Shown here: in pieces, positions 63,866 through 64,000 of the stretch
Numbering within the stretch: the first letter of the stretch is position 1
Layout of the letters: every line of letters begins with the position of its first letter
Assembly: GCF_036321535.1 (NCBI RefSeq)
Contig: NC_087437.1
Coordinates: 9,240,001-9,304,000, forward strand
DNA length: 64,000 nt
Direction: 5' to 3'
Source of the DNA: Camelus dromedarius
Lineage: Eukaryota
Notes under the pieces: generated by a model
What the model saw: the letters and a program-made list of their open reading frames with translations, nothing else
Database searches by the model: none
Told to the model about the DNA's origin: nothing
Program-made: the position numbers and the translations under genes

Positions 63866-64000
63866 CTCTTGATTTTAGGGATGAGGCAATTCAGTTCTAG
63901 AGGCACAAATCCCAGCTCAGGGTCAGTCAGGAGCAAAACTAGGACTCAGAACTCCTGTTCCCCTGCTTCCTGCCTTTTCTAGAGTATTAAAACAGAACTC

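Larger units (their letters stand above)
30133..64000 (-). other. ZNF385D: ZNF385D intron upstream of the 111-nt exon (continues past window end)
   Basis: Acceptor at 30133-30134. The expected preceding exon (...AVNLFPNFNA) was not seen. Confidence 0.75.

Overview
Mammalian genomic DNA, not prokaryotic. Two tRNA-derived SINEs of the Vic-1 type, cetartiodactyl-style L1 3' ends, and the apparent absence of Alu, Bov-A, PRE-1 and Can-SINE copies point to a camelid (inferred). The window lies inside the long zinc-finger gene ZNF385D on the minus strand. Its only supported coding sequence is one 111-nt phase-0/0 exon at 30022-30132 ([37 protein letters not shown]). Everything else is intron, filled with L1 fragments, L2, MIR, MaLR and ERV1 solo LTRs, and DNA-transposon relics. 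I found no convincing new biological system. The best leads are: a TATA-containing candidate internal promoter about 750 bp upstream of the ATG-starting exon; a near-perfect 90-bp dispersed duplication that carries a splice-acceptor core; several plus-strand (antisense) exon-like signals; recursive-splice-like AG|GT sites, one created inside an L1; and rearranged L1 insertions (fold-back, twin-primed and chimeric). Repeat family names are by-eye recognitions. Repeat boundaries are approximate unless target-site duplications (TSDs) are cited.
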